Shown piece by piece: positions 16,753 through 26,065 of a stretch of 45,391 nt of DNA. Each line of letters begins with the position of its first letter. Position 1 is the first letter of the stretch. The position numbers and the translations under genes were made by a program. This DNA is from Solirubrobacterales bacterium (GTDB lineage Bacteria > Actinomycetota > Thermoleophilia > Solirubrobacterales > 70-9). A model generated the notes under the pieces. The model was not told the origin of the DNA, made no database searches, and was given only the letters and a program-made list of their open reading frames with translations. The stretch is from positions 1 through 45,391 of the forward strand of contig DATBPT010000059.1 of the NCBI GenBank assembly GCA_036561205.1, read 5' to 3'.

Positions 16753-19134
16753 ATGCATCTGAGCTCGATCACGATCAAGGGCTTCAAGTCCTTCCCCGAG
16801 CGCACCAAGCTCGTCTTTTCGCCTGGCGTAAGCGTGATCGTCGGGCCCAACGGCTGCGGCAAGTCGAACGTCACCGACGCCGTCCTCTGGGCCCTCGGCG
16901 AGCAGAGCCCGCTGAGCGTCCGCGGCCAGTCGATGCAGGACATGGTCTACGCCGGCGGCGAGGGCGTCGGGCCGAGCCGCTACGCCGAGGTCGAGGTGGT
17001 CTTGGATTCCGACGGCGACGACGCCGCGGGCTTCAGCGAGCTGGCGATCATGCGACGGCTCGAGCGCGGGGGAGAGGGCACCTACCGGATCAATGGCGCC
17101 CGGGCACGGCTCGCGGACGTGATCGAGGTGCTCTCGGACGCGAACCTGGGGCGGGAGATGCACTCGGTGATCAGCCAGGGCCGGGTCGAGGAGATCGTGC
17201 TCTCGGCGCCCCGCGATCGCCGGCTGCTGGTCGAGGAGGCCGCCGGGCTCGGCAAGCACCGAAAGCGCCGCCGGCGAGCCCAGCTGAAGCTCGAGCGCAC
17301 CCGCGACAACCTCGATCGCGCGCTCGACGTCGAGCGCGAGGCGCGCAAGTCGCTGCGGCCGCTGAAGCGCCAGGCCGAGGCCGCCGACATCCACGCCCGG
17401 CTCGAGCGCCAGGCGGCCGAGCTGCGGGCCCGGCTGCTGGCCTCGGAGCTGCACGGCCACGACGACGAGCTCGCCGCCGCCGAGCGGACCGCCGAGGTCG
17501 CGCGCGGAGCCCGGGCGGAACTCGACGCGAAGCTCGCCGAGGTCGGCAAGCGCCGCGCCTCGATCGAGGAGCAGCTGGCCGCGCGCGAGAGTGAGCGCAC
17601 CGAGGCCTGGGGCAGGCTGACAGCGGTCCGCGCGGCTCACGAGCGGATCAGCGTCCGCGCCGAAGCCCTCGCCGCGCGCCGCAGCGAGCTCCTGCGCGGC
17701 CTCGAGCGCCGCCGGGCGGCGCTCGGCGCGCTCGCCGAGGAGCTCGCCGAGGCGACCGGCGCCCGCGCCGGCGACGACCCGGCCAGCGCCGGGATCGAGC
17801 GCATCGGCGAGTCCCTGCAGGCGGCGATCGCGGCGCTCGACCGCGCTCGCGAGGCGGGCGCCGACGGCGAGCGCGGCGCCGAGCTCGCCAGGGTGCGCGA
17901 GGCCGCCGATCGGGCGGCGCAGATGGCCCGCCGGATCGAGGACATGCTCGGCAGCCGAGCCCAGGACTCGCTCTCGCAACGGCTCGAGCGCGAGGCGGAG
18001 CTGGTCGGCGCGCTGGGCGAGCTCTGCGAGGCGGCCGCCGACGCTCGCGACGCCGCCGGCGAACGCGCCGCGGCGCTCGAACAGCGGATGCTCGGCGAGA
18101 GCGGCGAGGACGCGGTCACCGACCGCCTGCGCGCCTGCTCGCGAGAGGAGGCCGAGCTGCAGACGCAGCTGCGCGGCGCCGGCGAGCAGGTGACCGAGGC
18201 CGAGGTCCGCGTCGCCCACCTCGGCGACCGGCGGGCCGAGGCCGCCGCCGAGCTCGAGCGGATCGCCGCCACCCTGGGCCGCGAGCTGAGCGCCGCCGAG
18301 CAGGTCCTGGGCGAGGAGGAGCGGCTCGAGATCGAGGTCAAGCTCGAGCGCCTGGGGCGCCGGCGCGAGCAGCTCGGCCCGGTCAATCCGCTGGCCGAGA
18401 GCGAGTACGAGCAGGCGCGCGCCCACGTCGACAGCCTCGAGACCCAGCGCGCCGACCTGGAGACGGCGCTGGCGGAGCTGCAGGGGCTGATCCGCGAGAC
18501 CGACCGCAAGATCCACGCCGCATTCGAGCAGACCTTCGACGCCACCCAGCGCAACTTCGAGGAGCTGGTCGAGCACCTGTTCCCGGGCGGACGCGGACGC
18601 CTGCGCCTGGTCGACGACCGCCGCGGGCCGAAGCCGGTGCTCGGCGGCGCGGAACTGGACGAAGCTCAACCTGGGGCAGACCCGGCCGCCCCCGGAGGCG
18701 AAGCCGAGGAGGCGGACGGCTTTGACTCGGGTGATGAGTTCTCCAGCCAAGGGGTCGAGATCGAGGTCACCCCGGCGGGCAAGGCGACCCGCCGCCTCTC
18801 GCTGCTCTCCGGTGGCGAGAAGGCGCTGGTGGCACTCGCCTTCGTCTTCGCCGTCTTCCTCGCCCGGCCGTCGCCGTTCTACATCCTCGACGAGGTCGAG
18901 GCGGCGCTCGACGACGCCAACATCGACCGCTTCCTGCAGCTCGTCCAGCGCTTCTCCGACCGCGCCCAGTTCATCATCGTCACCCACCAGAAGCGGACGA
19001 TGGACGCCGCCCACGTCCTCTACGGGGTCTCGATGGGCAAGGGCGGCGTGACCAAGGTCGTCTCGCGCAAGTTCGAGACCGAGGCCGGCCAGCCGCAACT
19101 CGACCAGGGCGACGAGGCGATCGAAGCCGCCTGA
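16753..19134 (+). CDS. smc: SMC-family chromosome partition ATPase, unusually short (793 aa), no hinge recognised
   Basis: The N-terminal head is ITIKGFKSFPERTKLVFSPGVSVIVGPNGCGKSNVTDAVLWALGEQS. The neck is EEAAGLGKHRKRRRRAQLKLERTRDNL. The C-terminal head has LGPVNPLAESEYE, signature LSGGEKALVALAF, Walker B FYILDEVEAALDD and D-loop/H-loop IIVTHQKRTM. It sits in the canonical rnc-smc-ftsY position. Confidence 0.9.
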   Translation: MHLSSITIKGFKSFPERTKLVFSPGVSVIVGPNGCGKSNVTDAVLWALGEQSPLSVRGQSMQDMVYAGGEGVGPSRYAEVEVVLDSDGDDAAGFSELAIMRRLERGGEGTYRINGARARLADVIEVLSDANLGREMHSVISQGRVEEIVLSAPRDRRLLVEEAAGLGKHRKRRRRAQLKLERTRDNLDRALDVEREARKSLRPLKRQAEAADIHARLERQAAELRARLLASELHGHDDELAAAERTAEVARGARAELDAKLAEVGKRRASIEEQLAARESERTEAWGRLTAVRAAHERISVRAEALAARRSELLRGLERRRAALGALAEELAEATGARAGDDPASAGIERIGESLQAAIAALDRAREAGADGERGAELARVREAADRAAQMARRIEDMLGSRAQDSLSQRLEREAELVGALGELCEAAADARDAAGERAAALEQRMLGESGEDAVTDRLRACSREEAELQTQLRGAGEQVTEAEVRVAHLGDRRAEAAAELERIAATLGRELSAAEQVLGEEERLEIEVKLERLGRRREQLGPVNPLAESEYEQARAHVDSLETQRADLETALAELQGLIRETDRKIHAAFEQTFDATQRNFEELVEHLFPGGRGRLRLVDDRRGPKPVLGGAELDEAQPGADPAAPGGEAEEADGFDSGDEFSSQGVEIEVTPAGKATRRLSLLSGGEKALVALAFVFAVFLARPSPFYILDEVEAALDDANIDRFLQLVQRFSDRAQFIIVTHQKRTMDAAHVLYGVSMGKGGVTKVVSRKFETEAGQPQLDQGDEAIEAA

Positions 19135-19150
19135 GTAGCCTCCCGCCCCG

Positions 19151-20128
19151 ATGGAGTGGGAGGAGCTGATCCCGAGCTCGGCCGGGCCGCCGCCGGCCGC
19201 CGAGCCGGAGCCCGAACGCCAGGGCCGCTTTGCGCGCCTTCGCGAGCGCCTGCAGAAGAGCCGCCAGGCCCTGGGCGCGGAGCTTTCGGCGAGCCTGTTC
19301 GAGAAGATCGACGCGGAGACCTGGGAGCGGCTCGAGGAGGCGCTGATCCTCGCCGACGTCGGCGCCAAAGCCACCGCGGAGGTCGTCGGCAGGCTCGAGG
19401 CGGAGGTCGAGGCCGGTGAGGTGAGCGGGCCGGAGGCGACCCGGGCCCGGCTCGTCGAGCTGCTGGCGGGATTGGCGGCACCCGAGCCGCCAACGATCGA
19501 TCTGGCGGCCAAGCCGACCGTGATCATGGTCGTCGGCGTCAACGGCACCGGCAAGACGACGACGGTCGGCAAGCTCGCGGCGGTGCTCAAGGAGCAGTTC
19601 GGCCTCGAGGTGATCGTCGCCGCCGCCGACACCTACCGCGCCGCGGCGATCGAGCAGCTCGAGACCTGGGCCGAGCGCGCCGGAACCGAGATCGTCAAGG
19701 GCAACGCCGGCGGCGATCCCGGGGCGGTGGTCTTCGACGCGCTCGCCGCCGGCGAGGCGCGCGGCGCCGACGTGGTGATCGTCGACACGGCGGGCCGCCT
19801 GCACACCCACGACAACCTGATGGAGGAGCTGTCGAAGGTGCGCCGGGTCGCCTCGAACCAGCTCGCGGGCGCGCCGCAGGAGACCCTGATCGTGATCGAC
19901 GCGACCACGGGCCAGAACGGGCTCCGACAGGCGCGCGCCTTCGCCGACGCGGTCGACGTCACCGGGGTCGTGCTGACGAAGCTCGACGGCACCGCGAAGG
20001 GCGGGATCGCGCTCGCGATCGGCGGCGAGCTTGGGATCCCGGTGAAGCTGATCGGGGTCGGCGAGGGGCTCGAGGACCTGCGCCCGTTCGACGCCGAGGC
20101 CTTTGCCCACGCGCTCCTCGACGAGTAG
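19151..20128 (+). CDS. ftsY: Signal recognition particle receptor FtsY
   Basis: 325 aa. NG domain motifs are VVGVNGTGKTTTVGKLA, DTAGRLH and TKLDGTAKGG. Confidence 0.95.
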   Translation: MEWEELIPSSAGPPPAAEPEPERQGRFARLRERLQKSRQALGAELSASLFEKIDAETWERLEEALILADVGAKATAEVVGRLEAEVEAGEVSGPEATRARLVELLAGLAAPEPPTIDLAAKPTVIMVVGVNGTGKTTTVGKLAAVLKEQFGLEVIVAAADTYRAAAIEQLETWAERAGTEIVKGNAGGDPGAVVFDALAAGEARGADVVIVDTAGRLHTHDNLMEELSKVRRVASNQLAGAPQETLIVIDATTGQNGLRQARAFADAVDVTGVVLTKLDGTAKGGIALAIGGELGIPVKLIGVGEGLEDLRPFDAEAFAHALLDE

Positions 20129-20133
20129 ACGCG

Positions 20134-20598
20134 ATGGAGATCGAGCGCAAGTTCCTGGTCGGCGATCCGCCCGATCTGGGCGGCTACGAATCGGACCCGA
20201 TCGAGCAGGGTTACCTGGCGCTTGCCGACGACGAAGGCGGCGCCGAGGTGCGGCTGCGAAGCCGCGCCGATCGGCTCACGCTGACGGCGAAGAGCGCCGG
20301 CGGCGAGGTTCGCGAGGAGGAGGAGATCGGGATCGATCGCGACCAGTTCGAACGGCTCTGGCGGCTGACCGGGGGCCGCAGGCTGGCCAAGCGCCGATAC
20401 CTGATCCCCTACGAGGGCCTGACAATTGAGCTTGACGTCTACGCGGGCGGGCTCGCGGGCCTGATAGTTGCCGAGGTTGAGTTCGCGGACGAGCGGGCGG
20501 CCGATCAGTTCGTACCCCCGGGTTGGTTCGGCGCCGAGGTGACCGGGAAAAGTGAGTATCTGAACGAAACGCTGGCAACCGAAGGGAGGCCGCGATGA
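20134..20598 (+). CDS. CYTH domain protein (triphosphate tunnel metalloenzyme family)
   Basis: 154 aa. It begins with the CYTH hallmark MEIERKFLV (ExExK). EVRLRS, LTLTAK, ELDVY and VAEVEF strands fit the tunnel fold. Confidence 0.85.
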   Translation: MEIERKFLVGDPPDLGGYESDPIEQGYLALADDEGGAEVRLRSRADRLTLTAKSAGGEVREEEEIGIDRDQFERLWRLTGGRRLAKRRYLIPYEGLTIELDVYAGGLAGLIVAEVEFADERAADQFVPPGWFGAEVTGKSEYLNETLATEGRPR

Positions 20599-21500
20599 GT
20601 GCCTTCAGGCTGAAGGCGAGGGAGTCCGAGGCGGCGGGGATCAGGCGGGTCGCCCACGAGCGGATCGAGGATGCCGTCGGGCGGCTTCGCGACCGGTCGG
20701 CGGATCCGGCGAAAGCAGTCCACGAGGCGCGCAAGGACGTGAAGAAGCTGCGCTCGACGCTGAGGCTCGTGCGCCCGGTGATCGGCGATTCGGTCTACCG
20801 GCGCGAGAACGAGCGCTTCCGTGACGCGGCGCGGGCGCTCTCCGACGCGCGCGACACCCAGGTCCGGGCGCAGACAACCGAGGCGCTCGGCGAGCGCTTC
20901 GCCGACGATCCGCCCCCTGGTGGCTGGGCGGCGCTGAGGGCGGCCGTCGCCGGTGGCGAGCAGACCGCCAGCGGGGAGCTGGGGCGGCTTCGCGAGCAGG
21001 CCGCTGCCGAGATCGAGCGCGGGGACGAGGAGGTCGAAAGGTGGCCGCTCGGCGACGATGGCTTCGAGCTGCTGCGCCCCGGGCTCGACCGCGCCTACGC
21101 GCGCGGGCGCAAGTCCTTCCGGGCGGCCCGAGCCGAGCCGACCGATGAGGCGCTGCATGAGTTCCGCAAGCGCTCGAAGGACCTCTGGTACCACCTGCGA
21201 CTTCTGCGGACCGGCTGGCCGCAGGTTCTCGAGGCGACCGCCGAGCAGGCACACCGGCTCACCGACCGGCTCGGCGACGATCACGACCTGGCCGTGCTTG
21301 GCGCCGACCTCGAGCGCGGCTTCGAATCGCTTACCGCCGGACAGCGTCAGCATCTGCGTGGTCTGCTCGAGAGGCGCCGGCGCGAGCTCCAGGGCCAGGC
21401 GTTCGGCTACGCGGAACGGCTGTTCGCCGAGAAGCCGAAGCAGTTCGTGCGGCGGATCGAGGCCTATTGGGAGGCGGAGAAGCTGTTGAACGCGGTCTAA
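20595..21500 (+). CDS. CHAD domain protein
   Basis: 301 aa, all-helical. It has the repeated basic CHAD motifs VHEARKDVKKLRSTLRLVRP and LHEFRKRSKDLWYHLRLL. ATGA overlap with the CYTH gene. Confidence 0.8.
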   Translation: MSAFRLKARESEAAGIRRVAHERIEDAVGRLRDRSADPAKAVHEARKDVKKLRSTLRLVRPVIGDSVYRRENERFRDAARALSDARDTQVRAQTTEALGERFADDPPPGGWAALRAAVAGGEQTASGELGRLREQAAAEIERGDEEVERWPLGDDGFELLRPGLDRAYARGRKSFRAARAEPTDEALHEFRKRSKDLWYHLRLLRTGWPQVLEATAEQAHRLTDRLGDDHDLAVLGADLERGFESLTAGQRQHLRGLLERRRRELQGQAFGYAERLFAEKPKQFVRRIEAYWEAEKLLNAV

Positions 21501-21513
21501 GCTGGACGGGCAG

Positions 21514-22851
<1,338 letters not shown>

Positions 22852-22872
22852 CCGCTAACCTCTCGCGCCGCA

Positions 22873-23124
22873 ATGGTCAGAATCAGATTGAGAAGGGTTG
22901 GTTCGCGAAAGAACCCGATCTGGCGCGTCGTGGTCGCCGACAAGCGGTCGCCTCGCGACGGCCGGACGATCGAGACGATCGGCCACTACAACCCCCAGAC
23001 CGATCCCTCGGTGATCGTGATCGACGAGGAGCGCGCGCGCCACTGGCTCGACCACGGCGCACAGCCGACTCGCACGGTTGCGACCCTGCTGCGCACCAAG
23101 GGCATCGAGGCCTCGGGCACCTAG
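22873..23124 (+). CDS. rpsP: 30S ribosomal protein S16
   Basis: [41 protein letters not shown] is a typical S16. Confidence 0.95.
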   Translation: MVRIRLRRVGSRKNPIWRVVVADKRSPRDGRTIETIGHYNPQTDPSVIVIDEERARHWLDHGAQPTRTVATLLRTKGIEASGT

Positions 23125-23146
23125 CCCCCGGGCGCGGCGCTGGCGG

Positions 23147-23383
23147 ATGCGCGACCTGGTCGAGTTCGTCGTCCGCTCGCTGGTCGAGGACCCCGACGCG
23201 GTGCGCGTGACCGAGCTCGAGGAGCAGGAGGGAACGGTGCTCGAGGTGCACGTCGCCGACGGCGACCTCGGACGGGTGATCGGCCGCGAGGGGCGGGTCG
23301 CGAACGCGATCCGCACGCTCGCCAAGGCCGCGGCCACGGCGCAGGACGCGGGCCGCGTCATGGTCGAGATCGTCGAAGACTAA
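23147..23383 (+). CDS. KH domain RNA-binding protein (YlqC family)
   Basis: 78 aa from the internal ATG at 23147. MRDLVEFVVRSLVEDPDAVRV...GDLGRVIGREGRVANAIRTL carries the KH GxxG motif. It holds the conserved position after rpsP. Confidence 0.85.
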   Translation: MRDLVEFVVRSLVEDPDAVRVTELEEQEGTVLEVHVADGDLGRVIGREGRVANAIRTLAKAAATAQDAGRVMVEIVED

Positions 23384-23425
23384 GAAAATGTCCGCCGGCT
23401 ACGCCGTCGGGCTTGCGAGGTATCG

Positions 23426-24091
23426 ATGAGACTGGACGTCTTCACCCTGTTCCCGGAGTGGTTCGAGTGGTTTGCGGCTCAGCGCCATGTCCGCAACGCG
23501 GCCGAGCACGGCTCCGAGCTGCGGCTGATCAACTACCGCGACACGACCCCGCTCAGCGGCGGCCAGGTCGACGACTCGCCCTACGGCGGCGGCGCCGGGA
23601 TGGTGCTGCGGGTCGACGTCGTCGACGCGGCCCTGCGCGCCGTGTACGGAGAGGGCCCGGCGCCGGCACGCGTGATCGTGCTCGCGCCGACCGGCCGGCA
23701 GCTCGACGACGCGCTCGCCGACGAGCTCGCGGGTGAGCAGCACCTGGCGCTGCTCTGCGGCCGCTACGAGGGCATCGACGAGCGCGTCCGCGAGCATCTC
23801 GCCGACGACGCAGTCTCGGTCGGCCCCTACGTGCTCTCCGGCGGTGAGCTGGCGGCGATGGTCGTCGCCGACACCGTCCTGCGAAAGCTCCCGGGCGCCC
23901 TTGGGCACGCCGAGAGCGCGGTCGAGGAATCGTTCTCTCCCGCGCTCGGCGGGGCGCCCGAGTACCCGCACTACACGAGGCCCGCGAGCTACCGCGGCTG
24001 GGAGGTGCCCGAGGTCCTGCTCTCCGGCGACCACGCCCGCGTACGCGAGTGGCGCCTGCGCCAAAGCGGCGAGGCCGCGGACGGCGCTTAG
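23426..24091 (+). CDS. trmD: tRNA (guanine37-N1)-methyltransferase TrmD
   Basis: 221 aa. [55 protein letters not shown]. Confidence 0.95.
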   Translation: MRLDVFTLFPEWFEWFAAQRHVRNAAEHGSELRLINYRDTTPLSGGQVDDSPYGGGAGMVLRVDVVDAALRAVYGEGPAPARVIVLAPTGRQLDDALADELAGEQHLALLCGRYEGIDERVREHLADDAVSVGPYVLSGGELAAMVVADTVLRKLPGALGHAESAVEESFSPALGGAPEYPHYTRPASYRGWEVPEVLLSGDHARVREWRLRQSGEAADGA

Positions 24092-24129
24092 GTCGTCTTC
24101 AGCAGCGAGTTGTCTACTATCTGACGCCC

Positions 24130-24159
24130 GCGCGGGCCTCCCACGGCGCCGCGCTTTTT
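24130..24159 (+). terminator. GC-rich hairpin plus T5 run (intrinsic-terminator/attenuator-like) ending 4 nt before the rplS ATG
   Basis: GCGCGGGCC-TCCCAC-GGC(G)CCGCGC forms 9 bp with one bulged G and a 6-nt loop (24130-24154). TTTTT follows at 24155-24159. T5 runs are rare in this sequence. Confidence 0.4.
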
Positions 24160-24162
24160 CCT

Positions 24163-24726
24163 ATGAGCACGATCATCGAGAGCATCGAGCAGCGTCAGCT
24201 GAAGCAGGTCCCGCGCTTTGCGGCCGGGGACCGGGTGCGCGTGCACTTTCAGGTGATCGAGGGAACGCGCAAGCGCACCCAGGTCTTCGAGGGCATCGTC
24301 ATCGCCCGCCAGGGCAGCGGCGCTCGAGAGACGTTCACGGTTCGCAAGCAGTCCTTCGGCGTCGGCGTCGAGCGTACGTTTCCGGTCCATTCGCCGAAGA
24401 TCGAGCAGCTCGAGGTCGTCGCCCGCGGCGACGTGCGCCGGGCGAAGCTCTACTACCTGCGCGGCCGGGTCGGCAAGCGCGCCCGGGTGGCGGAGCGCCG
24501 CTGGGGGATCGAGGACGACCTGGTGATGGCCACGGCCGAGGAGCCGGTCGCGGTCGACTCCGAGGGCGTCGCCCAGGAGGAGGCCGAGCCGGTCGCCCCC
24601 GAGGAGGGCGCCGACGAGGGTTACGGGGACGCGCCCGCGGAGGCAGCGGCCGATAGCGACGGCGAACCGCAAGAGGCCTCCTCAGAATCCGACGGCGAGG
24701 CCGCGGATTCCGAGGAATCCAGCTGA
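24163..24726 (+). CDS. rplS: 50S ribosomal protein L19 with a long acidic C-terminal extension
   Basis: 187 aa from the ATG at 24163. The canonical N-terminus is [34 protein letters not shown]...[18 protein letters not shown]. About 65-70 further D/E/A/S-rich residues follow the L19 core. Confidence 0.92.
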   Translation: MSTIIESIEQRQLKQVPRFAAGDRVRVHFQVIEGTRKRTQVFEGIVIARQGSGARETFTVRKQSFGVGVERTFPVHSPKIEQLEVVARGDVRRAKLYYLRGRVGKRARVAERRWGIEDDLVMATAEEPVAVDSEGVAQEEAEPVAPEEGADEGYGDAPAEAAADSDGEPQEASSESDGEAADSEESS

Positions 24727-24776
24727 TTCCGAAGCCGACAACGGGCCGCGGTGCGATCGTCGAGCTGGTCGTCATC

Positions 24777-25337
24777 GTGGCGCTCGCGATCGGGCTCGCG
24801 CTCGGCATCCAGGCCTTCGTCGTGAAGCCGTACCAGATCCCCTCCGAGTCGATGGAGCCGACCCTCGACGTCGGCCAGCGGGTGCTCGTCAACCGGGTCT
24901 CGACCCGGCTCGGCAGCGACCCGAAGCCAGGCGACGTGGTCGTCTTCCATCCGCCCGAGGGAGCGGTCAACGGGCGCAACTGCGGCGGCCCGAAGGAGCC
25001 CGGTCAACCGTGCCCGACCGAGACCCCCGAAGAGGCGAGCGAGAACTTCATCAAGCGCGTCGTCGCCGGGCCCGGCGACACGCTCTCGATCAAGGGCGGG
25101 ATCCCGATCGTCAACGGCGAGCCGTTCGAGGGTGACTTCGATATTCGCCCATGTCGCGGGATCGGCGGCTGTGATTTCCCCAAGGAGATCACCATTCCAC
25201 CCGATCACTACTTCATGATGGGCGACAACCGTGGGGCAAGCGACGACAGCCGCTACTGGGGACCCGTCCCCCGAGACTGGATCATCGGCGAAGCCTTCTT
25301 CACCTACTGGCCGCCGGACCGGATCGGCTTCCTCTAA
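24777..25337 (+). CDS. lepB: Signal peptidase I
   Basis: 186 aa. Catalytic Ser box IPSESMEPTL, Lys box FIKRVVAGPGD, and GDNRGASDDSRYWGPV. The GTG at 24777 is the first canonical start in frame. Confidence 0.9.
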   Translation: MALAIGLALGIQAFVVKPYQIPSESMEPTLDVGQRVLVNRVSTRLGSDPKPGDVVVFHPPEGAVNGRNCGGPKEPGQPCPTETPEEASENFIKRVVAGPGDTLSIKGGIPIVNGEPFEGDFDIRPCRGIGGCDFPKEITIPPDHYFMMGDNRGASDDSRYWGPVPRDWIIGEAFFTYWPPDRIGFL

Positions 25338-26055
25338 CCCGGCGCCTCAACAGCGGGGCGGCTCGGCTACGCCTCGCAAGCCCTCTGCGGCGGCGGCGAA
25401 GGCGGCGAAGCGCCGCCGGCGCAAGGCGGCGAAGCTGTTCAAGTTCGACCGCGAGCTCGGCTGCCGGTTCGTCGCCGGCGCCGACGAGGCGGGGCGGGGG
25501 TCGCTGGCGGGGCCGCTGGTCGCCGCCGGGGTGCTGCTCGACTACGAACGGCTGAGCATGCGCGACCGCCGCGCGCTCGGCGACCTCGACGACTCGAAGC
25601 AGCGCACGGCCGAGCAGCGCGAGGCCCTCTATCCGGTGGTGATCCGGGCGGCGGCGAAGGTCGCGGTGACGATCCGCTGCGTGCGCGGGATCGACTCCCG
25701 CGGCCTGCACGTCACCAACCTCGAGGCGCTCGCTCGCAGCCTCGAGCGGGTGGCTGTCCCCGGCGCCGCCTGCCTCACCGACGGCTTCCGGGTGCCCAGG
25801 TGCCGGGTCGAGCATCGAGCCGTGATCGACGGCGACGCCCGCAGCGCCGCGATCGCCGCCGCCTCGGTGATCGCCAAGGTGACGCGAGACCGCTTCATGC
25901 ACCGGATCGCCGGCGAGTACCCGTCCTACGAGTGGGAGGGCAACGTCGGCTACTCGACCCCCGAGCACCGCGCAGCGATCATCGAGCACGGCCCCTCGCC
26001 GCTGCACCGCCGCTCATTCGCCTCGATCGCGTACTCGCAGCTGAGACTGGGGTAG
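25231..26055 (+). CDS. rnhB: Ribonuclease HII (start codon uncertain)
   Basis: The core is FVAGADEAGRGSLAGPLVAAGV...DDSKQRTAEQRE...SAAIAAASVIAKVTRD...GYSTPEHRAAI. The only canonical in-frame start upstream of the core is the GTG at 25231, which overlaps lepB by 107 nt. Confidence 0.85.
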   Translation: MGQATTAATGDPSPETGSSAKPSSPTGRRTGSASSNPAPQQRGGSATPRKPSAAAAKAAKRRRRKAAKLFKFDRELGCRFVAGADEAGRGSLAGPLVAAGVLLDYERLSMRDRRALGDLDDSKQRTAEQREALYPVVIRAAAKVAVTIRCVRGIDSRGLHVTNLEALARSLERVAVPGAACLTDGFRVPRCRVEHRAVIDGDARSAAIAAASVIAKVTRDRFMHRIAGEYPSYEWEGNVGYSTPEHRAAIIEHGPSPLHRRSFASIAYSQLRLG

Positions 26056-26065
26056 GGGTCGCCGC

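Noticed and set aside
16606-19632. 1008-aa ORF on the minus strand, antisense to smc and ftsY
   Set aside because: It is extremely Arg/Ala/Gly/Pro/Leu-rich and has no recognisable motif. It mirrors the frame of two genes with unmistakable motifs on the plus strand, which is the typical stop-poor antisense frame of a very GC-rich genome.
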